NCBI GenBank assembly: GCA_002293825.1
Contig: DBDW01000011.1
Coordinates: 9,436-73,435, forward strand
DNA: 64,000 nt
Source: Candidatus Magasanikbacteria bacterium UBA922
GTDB taxonomy: Bacteria; Patescibacteriota; Patescibacteriia; Magasanikbacterales; UBA922
Reading direction: 5' to 3'
Shown here: in pieces, positions 29,001 through 38,689 of the stretch
Layout: each line of letters opens with the position of its first letter
How positions within the stretch are numbered: position 1 is the first letter of the stretch
Made by a program: the position numbers and the translations under genes
The notes under the pieces: generated by a model
Seen by the model: the letters and a program-made list of their open reading frames with translations, nothing else
What the model was told of the DNA's origin: nothing
The model's database searches: none

Positions 29001-32000
29001 GGTTCCACTCGCACACTATCAGCCAAACAGAGCTGAGCCGAATCTTTAGTTTTAAATTTCCACTGTTTTGATTCAGCACTATTACCAAAACGTACCTCAG
29101 TAACACCTTCAGGATTATTACTCACGACCCCACCAATCGAACGGATACCAGAGCCCATCTGGACTAGATACCAACTATTTTTTTCAAGCGGTACATCTGG
29201 ATATGCACGAAAATATGACGCACTTTGTGAACCTACATTAATATCAAGTTTAAGTTGTGGACCAAGCGTTGCGGGATTGCAACTCTCATCTGCACATTTA
29301 CGCAGAGTAATATTTACTGGCGTAAAATCACCAATATTCATATATTGGCTAAATTCGATACCAATTTCAGCATTAACACATGCTTCGAGACACAATGGCC
29401 ACACACTCTTAGCATACGGATTACCCAAATCAATCACAAGAGTACTCGTAGCTACAATAGTTTCATCATTTTCAATAATTTGGGCTTCAATATCACTCCC
29501 CGTGGGACTATATTGCCAGGCAGTAGCATACCCATGTGAATTAGGTGCTCCTGATTTCTGTGCAGCAGTAGCTGGAGCATTTGTAGTAGGTCCCCACACC
29601 CACGGCTTATCATCTACATTAATAACCGTACACAACAAATTACTCGTACCCACCACCGTGTATGTTAATGGAACAACCGCATCGATATTGAATACCGCAT
29701 TCAAATCTTGATTTAATCCATAACGAGGATCTTGTACAATTCCAAGAAATTTAGTGGTACGTAAACTAGGATTGAGTAGCGCATCAGTGAGCGTACACAT
29801 AAAATCAGCAGGGCCTGTCCTAAAGTCGAAACAATATGCCCATTCACGACCACCCAACTCACAAGATTTTGTTTTTGCAAGAGGATCTCGATTCGAAACA
29901 AGTTGTCCAAACTCAGTACCACCTCGAAGAGATGTAACATCTGAGGAAAGCGCGACACGGTACCATGTATTTGGAAGCAAACGTTGTTCACTATCACGTA
30001 AATCAAAGAAAATGGTGTCATCAGAACTAAACGTTGGAACAAACTGTGTAGTAACATCAGACGAACCATTCGCACAGTTAATCACATTCTCATCTCCTCC
30101 ACAGGTAGCGATCGATACATTACGAATAGCATTTTCAAAAAATACAGAAGAAGGATCAATGGGAAGATTAAATGTAATTGCCAATCGTGAATTGACACAC
30201 TGATTTTTCCCTTCATTTATAGTGGTAGCAGGATCGTCCCACATCACCGAAGGACTGGGTGTAGGAACACTTCCCACCTTACACGACTCAACCACCTCAA
30301 ACGTTCGTGGCATTTTACCAGTCGTAAATCTCCACACATACCCTGCTTCACGTGGAATTCCTTGACATGCAAAATTTCCATGTTTCCACCGACCTTGATC
30401 TGGACCTTCAGTACAGCAGTGAAAGCCAGGTTTTGGTCCAGTATCTTCACGACAATCTAATACCGTATAATCAAGACCATTGCTCACCACCCCGGCTTCA
30501 TTCTCGACTTTGATAGGGCCTGTTGTCATTGAATATCCCGTTACCGGATCATATGGAATTGTAGTACGTATTTCCTGTCCATTAGCAGACGCACTCACAA
30601 TTGACGCACCCCCATATGCCTCGCCATATGCAAGAGAAAGCCAGGTAGTAGGATTAGCTGCCTGCGCAAGCGGATACCAAAATCGTACGACCGGATCAAT
30701 CGTTGTGCCTGCCACAAAATTTTCACCAATAATCTTGAGCGGTTTTGAAACATCAGAAAAAGGAGCAAAGCCACGAGTCGGTTCAATACGGCAAATACTT
30801 GGAGCAGGTGCACCATCGACAATAACTACAGACTCCTTTCCAGAACTTGCAAGCGCATTAACTCCGTCCCCACGTCTCACAATCACAAAATATGAACCAA
30901 GAGTAAATTCAGAAATATTAGGTACTCGTGCAACAATACTTGTATCACTCCACACATCTCCACACACAAGCGGCAATTCACCTGCAGTAAAACAACCACT
31001 TCCTGGACATGTGGTATTTGCATTTTGTGTAAAATACACCGTACCGTCATTCCCAAAACGATTTCCGGTAATTGTGATAAAACTACCTTTTGTAGTAGTA
31101 GACGGTTCAATTTTTGAAATCACCGGAGGAAACAAATCATCAATAGATGTAATCATGAAGGGCACCGGATTACTACGTTCACCACCCTGAGCAGTGACGT
31201 AGACTGGAACCCGATCCTCAATACCAAACGGAACATCTGCTGAAACCAACTCTGTACTCCAAGAAGAAACAGGTGCATTTTGTTGCCCAAACAAAGCGTC
31301 GCCCTGACCAGTTCCAAATCCCGCACCCTCAAGTGATAAGGTAGTACCTTGTGGCGCAGCAGTAGAACCTTTGGTAGAAGTTACCGTCCTACCATCATCA
31401 AGCGTAACCACTCGATCATTTGCAACAGTAACAGAACAAAGATTCGGACGTTGAGTAGTATTATAGGTAAACAACCCGAGCAAAGGCCCAAACAGATCAT
31501 TAGTAGAATCACTCAATCCATTCGCATCAGAAACAGAGATGGCAGGATTATTTGCAAACTGTGTCCCAATACCACCTGCATCAATAATTCGAAAACTTCT
31601 GTCAGAAAAATTGGTAACATAGACATATTTACCCACTGAAGCAACGCCAAATGGTTGCGATAAATCCACATTATTCTGAACGCTTCCTACAATACGCGGA
31701 GCCTGTGGATTGGTAAAATCGACAACGGCAAGACTATTCCCTCTACGATTAATAACAAATCCTTGTGTACCAAAAGTAGAAATTGCAAATGGGCCTGAAA
31801 AATACGTGTTATCCTGCAAAGAGCCAACAATAACTGGAGACACTGGATTACCCACATCGATTACGGCGACACTATTTCGATCAAATACAGTTACATAGGC
31901 ATACCGTCCAGCAACTGCGATTCCCGAAATATGGAACAAGGTATTATCATCCTTAACACTACCGACAATGACTGGATTTTGTTTATCAGAAATACGAATA

Positions 32001-34153
32001 ACATGCAAACTATTAGTGTAATAACTCGTAACATACGCATATTCACCTGAAACTGCAACATTTCGTATCGCCCCTAATCGATCATCAGTAATACTACCCA
32101 CTACCGAAGGAGTAGTTTTATTAGACACATCAATAATAAAAAAACTGTTTGTGCCTTCACTTGCGACATACGCATAATTACCAGAAACCGCTACGCCACG
32201 TGCAATCGAAAACAACTGAGGATTAACAAGATTTCCAACTACTACTGGTCTTGTCTTATCAGTAACATCAACAACACCAAAGCCATTTCCAAAAACCACA
32301 TATGCGTAATTACCAACCGTATGAACAAAATATGCACCAGGAATAGAGATTTTACTAACAACTTGCGGATTAGCAGGATTGGATATGTTAACTATATGCA
32401 AAAATCCAGACTGTTGCGCAGTGACATATGCATAATTTCCAGAAACAGAGACCGAACTCGCCCCATTCAATTCAAGATTATTTTTAATCCCACCTAAAAT
32501 TTCAAGTTGAGACACCCCACCTTCCTGCGTACTAATCTCAACAGGTAGTGGAACCTCAGCAATAATCCACGAGTCATTCCAGCTCCCACCCTCACGACAC
32601 TGAGCAAGACCAGCACCGACCGATGAATCAATGGTGCCGTTTTGATTATGATCATAATCAAAACGAATCGTACCAGGAGTAGTGCCAAAATTTCGCCCTG
32701 TAATCGTAATAAAATTCCCAGGAGCACCATTCATGTACTCAACTTTTGAAATATAAGGAGTCGCTGTACAGGTACAAGAAGTAGAACCATTACACACATT
32801 ATTAGAAGCATCAAGACATTTGAGCCAGTGAGAGCAGTCAGCGTGTGTTTCACAACTACCCCCCTCTCCTCCACCACACATTCCACCCTGATCAATCTCA
32901 TCCTCATCAGGATCCAAGACACCATTAAGACACGTGGGAGGAGTGACTCTAAAGCGCACAGTGTCTGAGATGGTATTAGTATCAATATCATGTGCAACCA
33001 CTTCTACCACATACACAGGACCAACCTCAAATCGATTTTCGAGAATAGTAATTCCACGCACAACCTCAAACGGCGCAGATGAACCCAAACTCAATCGAGG
33101 ACCATCAAGATAAAATTCAGTCACTGCACTCGTATCACCTTCTTTATACACACGAATACGTGCGTACGAATTACCATGGTCATCCCGAAGCGCAGTACGA
33201 ATAGAGTACGTTCTTCCAAGAATTACTGCATGAACACCATCCCCACTATACCCATTGATAGATACGGGGTCGAGTCCAGTAAAAGAAGTGTCCGAGACTG
33301 GTTCATTTCCAGTCCTAAACTGTGCAGTTGTAGCAAAAATTCCACAGGCTGTCTCAGTCGTAAGCTCACGACCGGTACGATCTCGTAACCCTTCTCTAAT
33401 ATTAACCGTATACGTTCCCACAGGAATAGTACCTGCCACAGGTATAGCCTCGACCAAACTTCCATCCTCATCAAAAGAAAATGTAAATTCACCACTTACG
33501 TCAGTTGAACCTAATTCAGTTGTTCGTGAGATAGAAAAAATTTCACCAGGCTGTCCTGCCACTGGATTACTAAAGAGTGCACGTACCACCACATTATTCA
33601 TGCCTGTAACGTCGTTCTCAGTCGGTGCATGCGGAGTAATACTTTTTACCACAAAATTAGCATCCACACACACCTGATCAGGTGGAAAACATCCGAGAGG
33701 ATCTTGACATCCATTTCCCGATCCACCAGCACCTCCACCACTAGTACTATCAGATCCATCAATTGCTCCTTGCAATCGATTCAACACAAATGAGGTAATA
33801 GCAAACGATGACATGATGATAGCCAACCCAATACCCGCATTGATCAATAATTTTTTTGCAGTAGTAATCTTTTCCTCATTTCCACCTGCAGTCATCCAGA
33901 CAAAACCAGCATAAAGCACAATACTCACACCAATAACACCAAGGAAACCCAAAAATATATTAATAATACGAACTACCGTGATTCGCAAATCAGAAGTATC
34001 TGAGGCAGAAATTGCAATAGAATCTCCGACAGGTTGTAATCCAAAATCATCTCCAGCTTGCGCATACACCACAAAAGAACCAGAAAAAATAGTACCTGCA
34101 ATTATCAGAAAAAAGAAAAAGGCAAGAGAGAAAATTATGGAAAAACGTTTCAT
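25973..34153 (-). CDS. giant (2726 aa) cell-surface protein: pilin-like double-TM N-terminal module, LVIVD-type beta-propeller repeats, IPT/TIG-like and Cys-rich repeats
   Basis: Continuous ORF. It has a signal peptide, then two TM helices separated by MTAGGNEEK, then repeated ~40-aa GNYAYV...VIDVSN units and CGNGIVELGEDCD repeats. Confidence 0.7.
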   Translation of the reverse strand: MKRFSIIFSLAFFFFLIIAGTIFSGSFVVYAQAGDDFGLQPVGDSIAISASDTSDLRITVVRIINIFLGFLGVIGVSIVLYAGFVWMTAGGNEEKITTAKKLLINAGIGLAIIMSSFAITSFVLNRLQGAIDGSDSTSGGGAGGSGNGCQDPLGCFPPDQVCVDANFVVKSITPHAPTENDVTGMNNVVVRALFSNPVAGQPGEIFSISRTTELGSTDVSGEFTFSFDEDGSLVEAIPVAGTIPVGTYTVNIREGLRDRTGRELTTETACGIFATTAQFRTGNEPVSDTSFTGLDPVSINGYSGDGVHAVILGRTYSIRTALRDDHGNSYARIRVYKEGDTSAVTEFYLDGPRLSLGSSAPFEVVRGITILENRFEVGPVYVVEVVAHDIDTNTISDTVRFRVTPPTCLNGVLDPDEDEIDQGGMCGGGEGGSCETHADCSHWLKCLDASNNVCNGSTSCTCTATPYISKVEYMNGAPGNFITITGRNFGTTPGTIRFDYDHNQNGTIDSSVGAGLAQCREGGSWNDSWIIAEVPLPVEISTQEGGVSQLEILGGIKNNLELNGASSVSVSGNYAYVTAQQSGFLHIVNISNPANPQVVSKISIPGAYFVHTVGNYAYVVFGNGFGVVDVTDKTRPVVVGNLVNPQLFSIARGVAVSGNYAYVASEGTNSFFIIDVSNKTTPSVVGSITDDRLGAIRNVAVSGEYAYVTSYYTNSLHVIRISDKQNPVIVGSVKDDNTLFHISGIAVAGRYAYVTVFDRNSVAVIDVGNPVSPVIVGSLQDNTYFSGPFAISTFGTQGFVINRRGNSLAVVDFTNPQAPRIVGSVQNNVDLSQPFGVASVGKYVYVTNFSDRSFRIIDAGGIGTQFANNPAISVSDANGLSDSTNDLFGPLLGLFTYNTTQRPNLCSVTVANDRVVTLDDGRTVTSTKGSTAAPQGTTLSLEGAGFGTGQGDALFGQQNAPVSSWSTELVSADVPFGIEDRVPVYVTAQGGERSNPVPFMITSIDDLFPPVISKIEPSTTTKGSFITITGNRFGNDGTVYFTQNANTTCPGSGCFTAGELPLVCGDVWSDTSIVARVPNISEFTLGSYFVIVRRGDGVNALASSGKESVVIVDGAPAPSICRIEPTRGFAPFSDVSKPLKIIGENFVAGTTIDPVVRFWYPLAQAANPTTWLSLAYGEAYGGASIVSASANGQEIRTTIPYDPVTGYSMTTGPIKVENEAGVVSNGLDYTVLDCREDTGPKPGFHCCTEGPDQGRWKHGNFACQGIPREAGYVWRFTTGKMPRTFEVVESCKVGSVPTPSPSVMWDDPATTINEGKNQCVNSRLAITFNLPIDPSSVFFENAIRNVSIATCGGDENVINCANGSSDVTTQFVPTFSSDDTIFFDLRDSEQRLLPNTWYRVALSSDVTSLRGGTEFGQLVSNRDPLAKTKSCELGGREWAYCFDFRTGPADFMCTLTDALLNPSLRTTKFLGIVQDPRYGLNQDLNAVFNIDAVVPLTYTVVGTSNLLCTVINVDDKPWVWGPTTNAPATAAQKSGAPNSHGYATAWQYSPTGSDIEAQIIENDETIVATSTLVIDLGNPYAKSVWPLCLEACVNAEIGIEFSQYMNIGDFTPVNITLRKCADESCNPATLGPQLKLDINVGSQSASYFRAYPDVPLEKNSWYLVQMGSGIRSIGGVVSNNPEGVTEVRFGNSAESKQWKFKTKDSAQLCLADSVRVEPDPFTATFIGQAKIYRAQPIGSPDSCSPQGQLLNPWQFGWDWSVANQSVAKVSEFSFSGSPKNTCTIGCTPAGSDIARAIAPYPICGNGIVELGEDCDIARAGEIPGSSCNFSCLRPGNTSMGADGMRVPNTGTGLLQCGNGVVDVSVGEECDPASAPEGLSGFCSNTCLYTGSSQELTENTIIPVCMSGQVGYGEDCEIDNSNGTNYCSVQCLNRGTQLSQQWCDGYLRNPNDPRYQNVNRIQVQQVCGTALSVCGNGIIEQGEECEQDVDGKDTCSDRCLVQNACDTAAAQCQAGAPGCLSDCTFAGSSITYINPSVCADGITGIGEYRNFDDEVLSCESEPDDRRITLGDNPVQVVTSVGGVSDTGTEVVGLLQTEVVAQTSRFLESGLAATDITPVSGNADYYLRCGYTEYTENRGGIYNDCPSNPGNVLGVGRNSCCVERPIRVSEYPAANAGIAPGTAPVCRNTYVEVEFNQNIPIEYAQDNIELVQGYPQGYECSSHGGTNVTLAMNELLDRTTEVSESIWVRAWSHIKNFFARLIRVTVFASEPNQEVPADLVWCTANIPFELKASYSDDGSTRVSVYPTKLLDGDRYVSVLLNGGTEGIRNSLGVSIKSPFTSSLSDQWMFKTSEQVCKISHITVDPEESLYTIPNSSKDFIAYAISNFAEQKIVSVTGTYQWEWAWGPNNDQLFDIPATSTAYNRITSKGFKGHTDGVVTARVTVDTSTENNQQGRTHSSIISLDALFCQRPWPAGNVTLSEDVAFVDTLFRDTKYNFSFSYCADKGNPLTVTDDLPFFNSIEVVTDPAELGAISDMDMPDALRRYLFFSQTTNDVVGIQIFANPVARDGSRKTIEEWYTDRFGSTVGMTKTTVGGYPALISQTSVYVNAYNIEDDSIYNNIYLFTIDANAGGDTRAVFEQLLGSLVFNTNLTNFGRCLQEGNQYTVRDTPEAITNLACVTDFDCRNNDGFPKTGTNGICSNAATKFMRDIQRLEQLQSAQDRTDQQFN

Positions 34154-34165
34154 AGTAAAATAATA

Positions 34166-36406
34166 TCAATAAGAAGAGGGGCTTCGATCTCTAGTACGAA
34201 GCATGTTCAAACATTCAGCAATATTAGAAGACGACTGTTCAGACGCACCCGGATCATACACACATGCCGTATCCATCTCAGGATCATCAGAGCTCACCTC
34301 AGCACACCCCACACCCTCGACATAATTACCCTCAGCATCAAAAACAGCAGTACAAGTAGAAGGGGTCTCGGGCGTAGTAAGAATATTTGCAGAAGGCCCT
34401 CGTCCAGGATAGAGACAATTTTGATTAACACTCTTTACAGTACTTGGAATAGAAGGTAAATAGTACAGATCAAGATTGTTCGGACCAAAATCACGATGGC
34501 TAATACGTGTCAATGTAGTATCGCCCCCAAACTCAGAATTAATCCAATATGCAATTGGAGGTAATTTTTTTTCATCCGCACACACGTTTGTGCCATCTCC
34601 ATCACTATCGATCGCAGCATCAGCACACACACCCGCAGGATATTCTTCAAGTGCAATTCCTGATGACGAACCATACCCTGACACACTATGGGCAATCATG
34701 CGTTTACTAAATTTGATATACATAGGAGCATCAGAAGAAATATCTTCAGCAGCTGCACCAGGAGTAATTTCTTGGACATAAGGCACACTTCGATCAATCG
34801 TATTTTCGACCAAAAAACCCCATGAATAATTATCAGGTGCTTTTTCAGTATTTCTAATAATCACAGAAGTTTGTGGATCGGGACGAACCAATCGATTAGT
34901 CGCAGCATTATTAGAAACATTATCAAGACCGTTAAAAGCAAGATCATAGATACCAGAAAATGGAACTGCTTCAAACGGAGCATCACTATTATTCGTAGAA
35001 ACCCCTGTTCTCAACAATACTTCATACGGATTCGTACATGCAGGACCCTGACACGAAACCGGCAGACAAAACATTTGCTCGCCACAACTATTCACTCCAC
35101 AAGCTTCTCCAGACACAAACTCAAGTGTTCTGTAACCATTTGATAATCTCCATGATCCTGGAGGAGAAACTCTATTTTCTGCAAAAACCTGATTTACTGG
35201 AGTAAAGGTGGAAAGTGTAGTTGCAGTTATCACAGACTCAGCAACCGTAGGGTCTATAGGCTCACTAAAAGTAATTTGAAGAATAGTATTTCGAGAAGTA
35301 GTCGCGCTTGCTCGAGGATAGACATCGACAACAGTAGGAGGATCAACATCGATAAAATTACCGGTGGTAAAATTCCATGTATACGGAACTCCATTACTAA
35401 AAATACTCTGATTCTGATCTGAGCGCACGATTGAAGTATTAAGACGCACTCGATACTGCACATCTTCAGTAGAAGATCCCAAATATTGATGAGGCTTAAA
35501 CACAAATGAAAACACGTTCCGCTCACTCGTGTATGTAGCAAGCGCAGCACTCGATACCCCAAGTGTATCAACAGTACTTGAGGTAAAATTTGATTCTGTA
35601 TCAATAGTAACCGCACTAGTTTTCAATTGATCACATTCAGCAGTTTTCGTATCTAGAATCCCATCACGATTGAGGTCTGCACAATCACCGAGATATGGAC
35701 GTGCTATCTCTTCAACAGGGGTCGCACTAGTCACTGGTACATCAGTAAGATCAACACATGTGGTAGTAGGTCCCATAAAATTAGCATCCCAGCATGTTCG
35801 ATTGGAATTTTCAATAATACTCAATGGATTGATTGGTAGACCAAACGTAACCACAATACTCGTATTACGAGCAACATTGAGCTGATTGCGAAGCGGATAA
35901 TGATCTTTTACCGATCGACCAAGTGCACCACTAAATGCATATGTTTGTACAGGAGGTGGAGATGAAGCAGATGGCGGAGTATATGTTTCTTGACCAGTAA
36001 GTGATCGCAAAATAAAACTAGTAATAACAAAAGCAGACATGATAATCGCAAGACCAATCACCCCATTGATCAACATTTTTTTTGCACTACTAATCTGCTC
36101 TTCATTTCCACGAGAAGTCATCCATAAATATCCCGCATATAACACAATAGACACTGCAACCAACCCTAAAAATCCTAAAAAGAAATTTATAATTCTCACC
36201 ACTAGAACACGCAAGTCCGCATTTGGATTAGCAGGAATATTGATATTCTCACCAACCCCAACAACCCCAAAATCATCCTGCTGTGCATGTGCCAACAGTG
36301 CGCTCCCAAAAAATAAAAAGCAGGCTAAAAACACAAAAGCGACCATACGACGAAATCGCATAGTAGCTTGCGTGTGTGTAGCTTGTGATCGAGTCTTCGG
36401 GAGCAT
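34166..36406 (-). CDS. large (746 aa) surface protein with the same pilin-like N-terminal module
   Basis: The N-terminal 140 aa are about 65% identical to the N-terminus of 25973..34153 (DDFGV...DLRVLVVRIINFFLGFLGLVAVSIVLYAGYLWMTSRGNEEQISSAKKMLINGVIGLAIIMSAFVITSF). Confidence 0.65.
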   Translation of the reverse strand: MLPKTRSQATHTQATMRFRRMVAFVFLACFLFFGSALLAHAQQDDFGVVGVGENINIPANPNADLRVLVVRIINFFLGFLGLVAVSIVLYAGYLWMTSRGNEEQISSAKKMLINGVIGLAIIMSAFVITSFILRSLTGQETYTPPSASSPPPVQTYAFSGALGRSVKDHYPLRNQLNVARNTSIVVTFGLPINPLSIIENSNRTCWDANFMGPTTTCVDLTDVPVTSATPVEEIARPYLGDCADLNRDGILDTKTAECDQLKTSAVTIDTESNFTSSTVDTLGVSSAALATYTSERNVFSFVFKPHQYLGSSTEDVQYRVRLNTSIVRSDQNQSIFSNGVPYTWNFTTGNFIDVDPPTVVDVYPRASATTSRNTILQITFSEPIDPTVAESVITATTLSTFTPVNQVFAENRVSPPGSWRLSNGYRTLEFVSGEACGVNSCGEQMFCLPVSCQGPACTNPYEVLLRTGVSTNNSDAPFEAVPFSGIYDLAFNGLDNVSNNAATNRLVRPDPQTSVIIRNTEKAPDNYSWGFLVENTIDRSVPYVQEITPGAAAEDISSDAPMYIKFSKRMIAHSVSGYGSSSGIALEEYPAGVCADAAIDSDGDGTNVCADEKKLPPIAYWINSEFGGDTTLTRISHRDFGPNNLDLYYLPSIPSTVKSVNQNCLYPGRGPSANILTTPETPSTCTAVFDAEGNYVEGVGCAEVSSDDPEMDTACVYDPGASEQSSSNIAECLNMLRTRDRSPSSY

Positions 36407-36432
36407 GGGAAAACCGAATAACTCACACTGAA

Positions 36433-36888
36433 TTAAGCTGATGGCAATAGTTTCTTTACAATTGACTGTATGAGCGTTCCATCTGCACGCCCTGCAACTT
36501 GTTTGACTACCAAGCCCATTACACGTCCAAAATCTTTCTGACTGGTAGCTTGTGTTTGTTCAATTATCTGTTTTACAATTTGTTCAACCTCTGATTCATC
36601 CATCATGCGAGGAAGATACTGAGTCACGAACGTGATCTCAGTCTCTGCTGCTTCAATAAGATCAGTTCTTCCAGCTTTTTCAAAATCAATAATTGCATCT
36701 TTCTGCTGTTTGATAAATCTGCGCATTACTGAAAAAACTTCTTCATCTGTCAAACCGTCTCGCTTCATAAGATTGATTTCCTCATTCTTAATCTGCGATA
36801 ACAACATCTGAATAGTACCAAGCATTACCTGGTTTTTTTCTTTACGCGCACGAAGCTGATCATGTTGCAATGTCTGGATAATTGACAT
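36433..36888 (-). CDS. yqeY: GatB/YqeY domain protein
   Basis: 151 aa with YqeY family pattern. It follows rpsU as in Bacillus (rpsU-yqeY). Confidence 0.7.
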   Translation of the reverse strand: MSIIQTLQHDQLRARKEKNQVMLGTIQMLLSQIKNEEINLMKRDGLTDEEVFSVMRRFIKQQKDAIIDFEKAGRTDLIEAAETEITFVTQYLPRMMDESEVEQIVKQIIEQTQATSQKDFGRVMGLVVKQVAGRADGTLIQSIVKKLLPSA

Positions 36889-36896
36889 ACAAAAAA

Positions 36897-37154
36897 TTAG
36901 CGTTTTTGTGTTCGTTTGTTCAATTTATTTAACTCTTCTTGCGGAAGTTTGCCGGTTTTACGCAAGTATTCTGTTTTTGCTTGCTTTTTGGCATAATTAA
37001 CCGCTTGCGTACGCTTCACGTTATCACTTTTCTTTGGCACAAAATATTGTTTTTTTCGTGCCTCAAGCAATTTTCCTGAGCGCTGCCATTGTTGTTTCAC
37101 ACGGCGCATGAATCCTTCAAAAGATTCATTTTTTTTGCGTTTTAATTCTGACAC
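36897..37154 (-). CDS. rpsU: 30S ribosomal protein S21
   Basis: 85 aa. RKKNESFEGFMRRVKQQWQRSGKLLEARKKQYF aligns to E. coli S21 [33 protein letters not shown]. Confidence 0.7.
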   Translation of the reverse strand: MSELKRKKNESFEGFMRRVKQQWQRSGKLLEARKKQYFVPKKSDNVKRTQAVNYAKKQAKTEYLRKTGKLPQEELNKLNKRTQKR

Positions 37155-37229
37155 AGGTGTTCACCTCCCGAGGTGATTAATAATAAAGTGTTTTAGCTAA
37201 GGATACACAAAAAAAACAAAAAAGTCAAA

Positions 37230-38663
37230 TTATATCCCCAACAACTTCTTCACAACCGTCTCGATCTTCTTTTGGTCGACAATTTCTTGAATACCTGATT
37301 CCATATTACGAGTAATAATCGTACCATCCTGAACCTCTTTTTGCCCCAAAATAAGTGTATAGGTAGCACCTACTTTATGTGCAAGCTCAAGCTGTGCCTT
37401 AATTGAGGACTTTGCAAGATTATGAGAAACTACAATACCAGCACGACGCAAACGTTCGATAAGCAATAACGCGCGTTTACGTGCCTGTTCACCCAATTGA
37501 GCAAAAAATACCTGTTGTTTTTCTGCGGTGTCAACAAACGTTCCGTTTTTTCGAGCCTCTTCCTCTTTTCGCTTAAGTGCGAGAAGTATGCGCTCCACCC
37601 CAAGAGAAAATCCTGCTGCAGGAGTCGATTGTCCTCCTAGCTGCGCAACGAGACCGTTATATCTACCACCTCCACCAAGAGAACCTTGTTGCGTCTCAGG
37701 AACTCCTTCTTCAACAAACTCAAATACGGTGTCAGTATAATAATCAAGTCCTCGTACAAGCGTAGGGGTAAGCACGTACGGAATCTCAACCTCATCAAGA
37801 TACTCAAGTACTGACATAAAAAACTTTTTTGAAGGTTCAGAAAGCCAATCCACAATTTGTGGCGCATCCTCAATCACCGCTCGATCTTGCTCATCTTTTG
37901 AATCAAGAATTCTTAGTGGGTTCTTCTGAAGTCGTTTTTTTGACTCTTCACTGAGATAACTACGCTTACTTTTCAAGTACCCCACAAGTTCTACGAGATA
38001 ATTTTCTCGATCTTCAGGTGTTCCAATACTATTAATACGCACTGACGCTTCAATGCCAAGATCTCGAAGAGTGTTATATGCTACAGAAATCAACTCAGCA
38101 TCTACTACCGGAGAATGCTCACCCAATGTCTCACAACTAAATTGATGAAACATACGATAACGCCCTGCTTGCGGACGATCATGTCTAAACATTGACCCCC
38201 ATGACCACATTTTTACTGGCTGTGGCATGGTATGCATGCCTTGATTGATATACATGCGAGCAATTGGCGCAGTTCCTTCGGGACGAAGACACACTTTTGA
38301 TCCATCTTTATCATCAAACGTATACATCTCTTTATCGACCACATCAGTACCCTTCCCTATTGAACGCACAAAAAGTGAAGTCTGCTCAACAATTGGTGTT
38401 TCGACATATGAAAAACCATAGGCCCGAGCCACAGACTCAGACACGCGGTATACCCGTTGAAACATTCGCCCTTCTTTACCAAACACATCCTTCATTCCTC
38501 GAAGTGTTGCATATGGAGTATTCTTGTGCGACTCTTTATCTTCATCTTTAATTTTTGTAGTTGAAACAACTTTTTTAGAAACAACAGGTCGAGACGTTTT
38601 TAATAACGCTTTCTGTTTTGTTTTCAACGAAGGTGTCTTTTTGGCATTCTTTTTTGGAGGCAT
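37230..38663 (-). CDS. hisS: histidyl-tRNA synthetase (with ~60-aa Lys-rich N-terminal extension)
   Basis: Class II motifs, the HisRS LRPEGTA motif and RGLDYY. Confidence 0.88.
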   Translation of the reverse strand: MPPKKNAKKTPSLKTKQKALLKTSRPVVSKKVVSTTKIKDEDKESHKNTPYATLRGMKDVFGKEGRMFQRVYRVSESVARAYGFSYVETPIVEQTSLFVRSIGKGTDVVDKEMYTFDDKDGSKVCLRPEGTAPIARMYINQGMHTMPQPVKMWSWGSMFRHDRPQAGRYRMFHQFSCETLGEHSPVVDAELISVAYNTLRDLGIEASVRINSIGTPEDRENYLVELVGYLKSKRSYLSEESKKRLQKNPLRILDSKDEQDRAVIEDAPQIVDWLSEPSKKFFMSVLEYLDEVEIPYVLTPTLVRGLDYYTDTVFEFVEEGVPETQQGSLGGGGRYNGLVAQLGGQSTPAAGFSLGVERILLALKRKEEEARKNGTFVDTAEKQQVFFAQLGEQARKRALLLIERLRRAGIVVSHNLAKSSIKAQLELAHKVGATYTLILGQKEVQDGTIITRNMESGIQEIVDQKKIETVVKKLLGI

Positions 38664-38689
38664 ACACTGAAATGGTACAATAATTAAAT

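Noticed and set aside
20306-36406. Dozens of 60-200-aa ORFs on both strands inside the giant surface-protein genes and other long genes (e.g. 23496..23771, 27475..27660, 28475..29071, 30480..31190)
   Set aside because: They are embedded in or antisense to long, clearly coding ORFs. Their translations are low-complexity. No independent signals support them.
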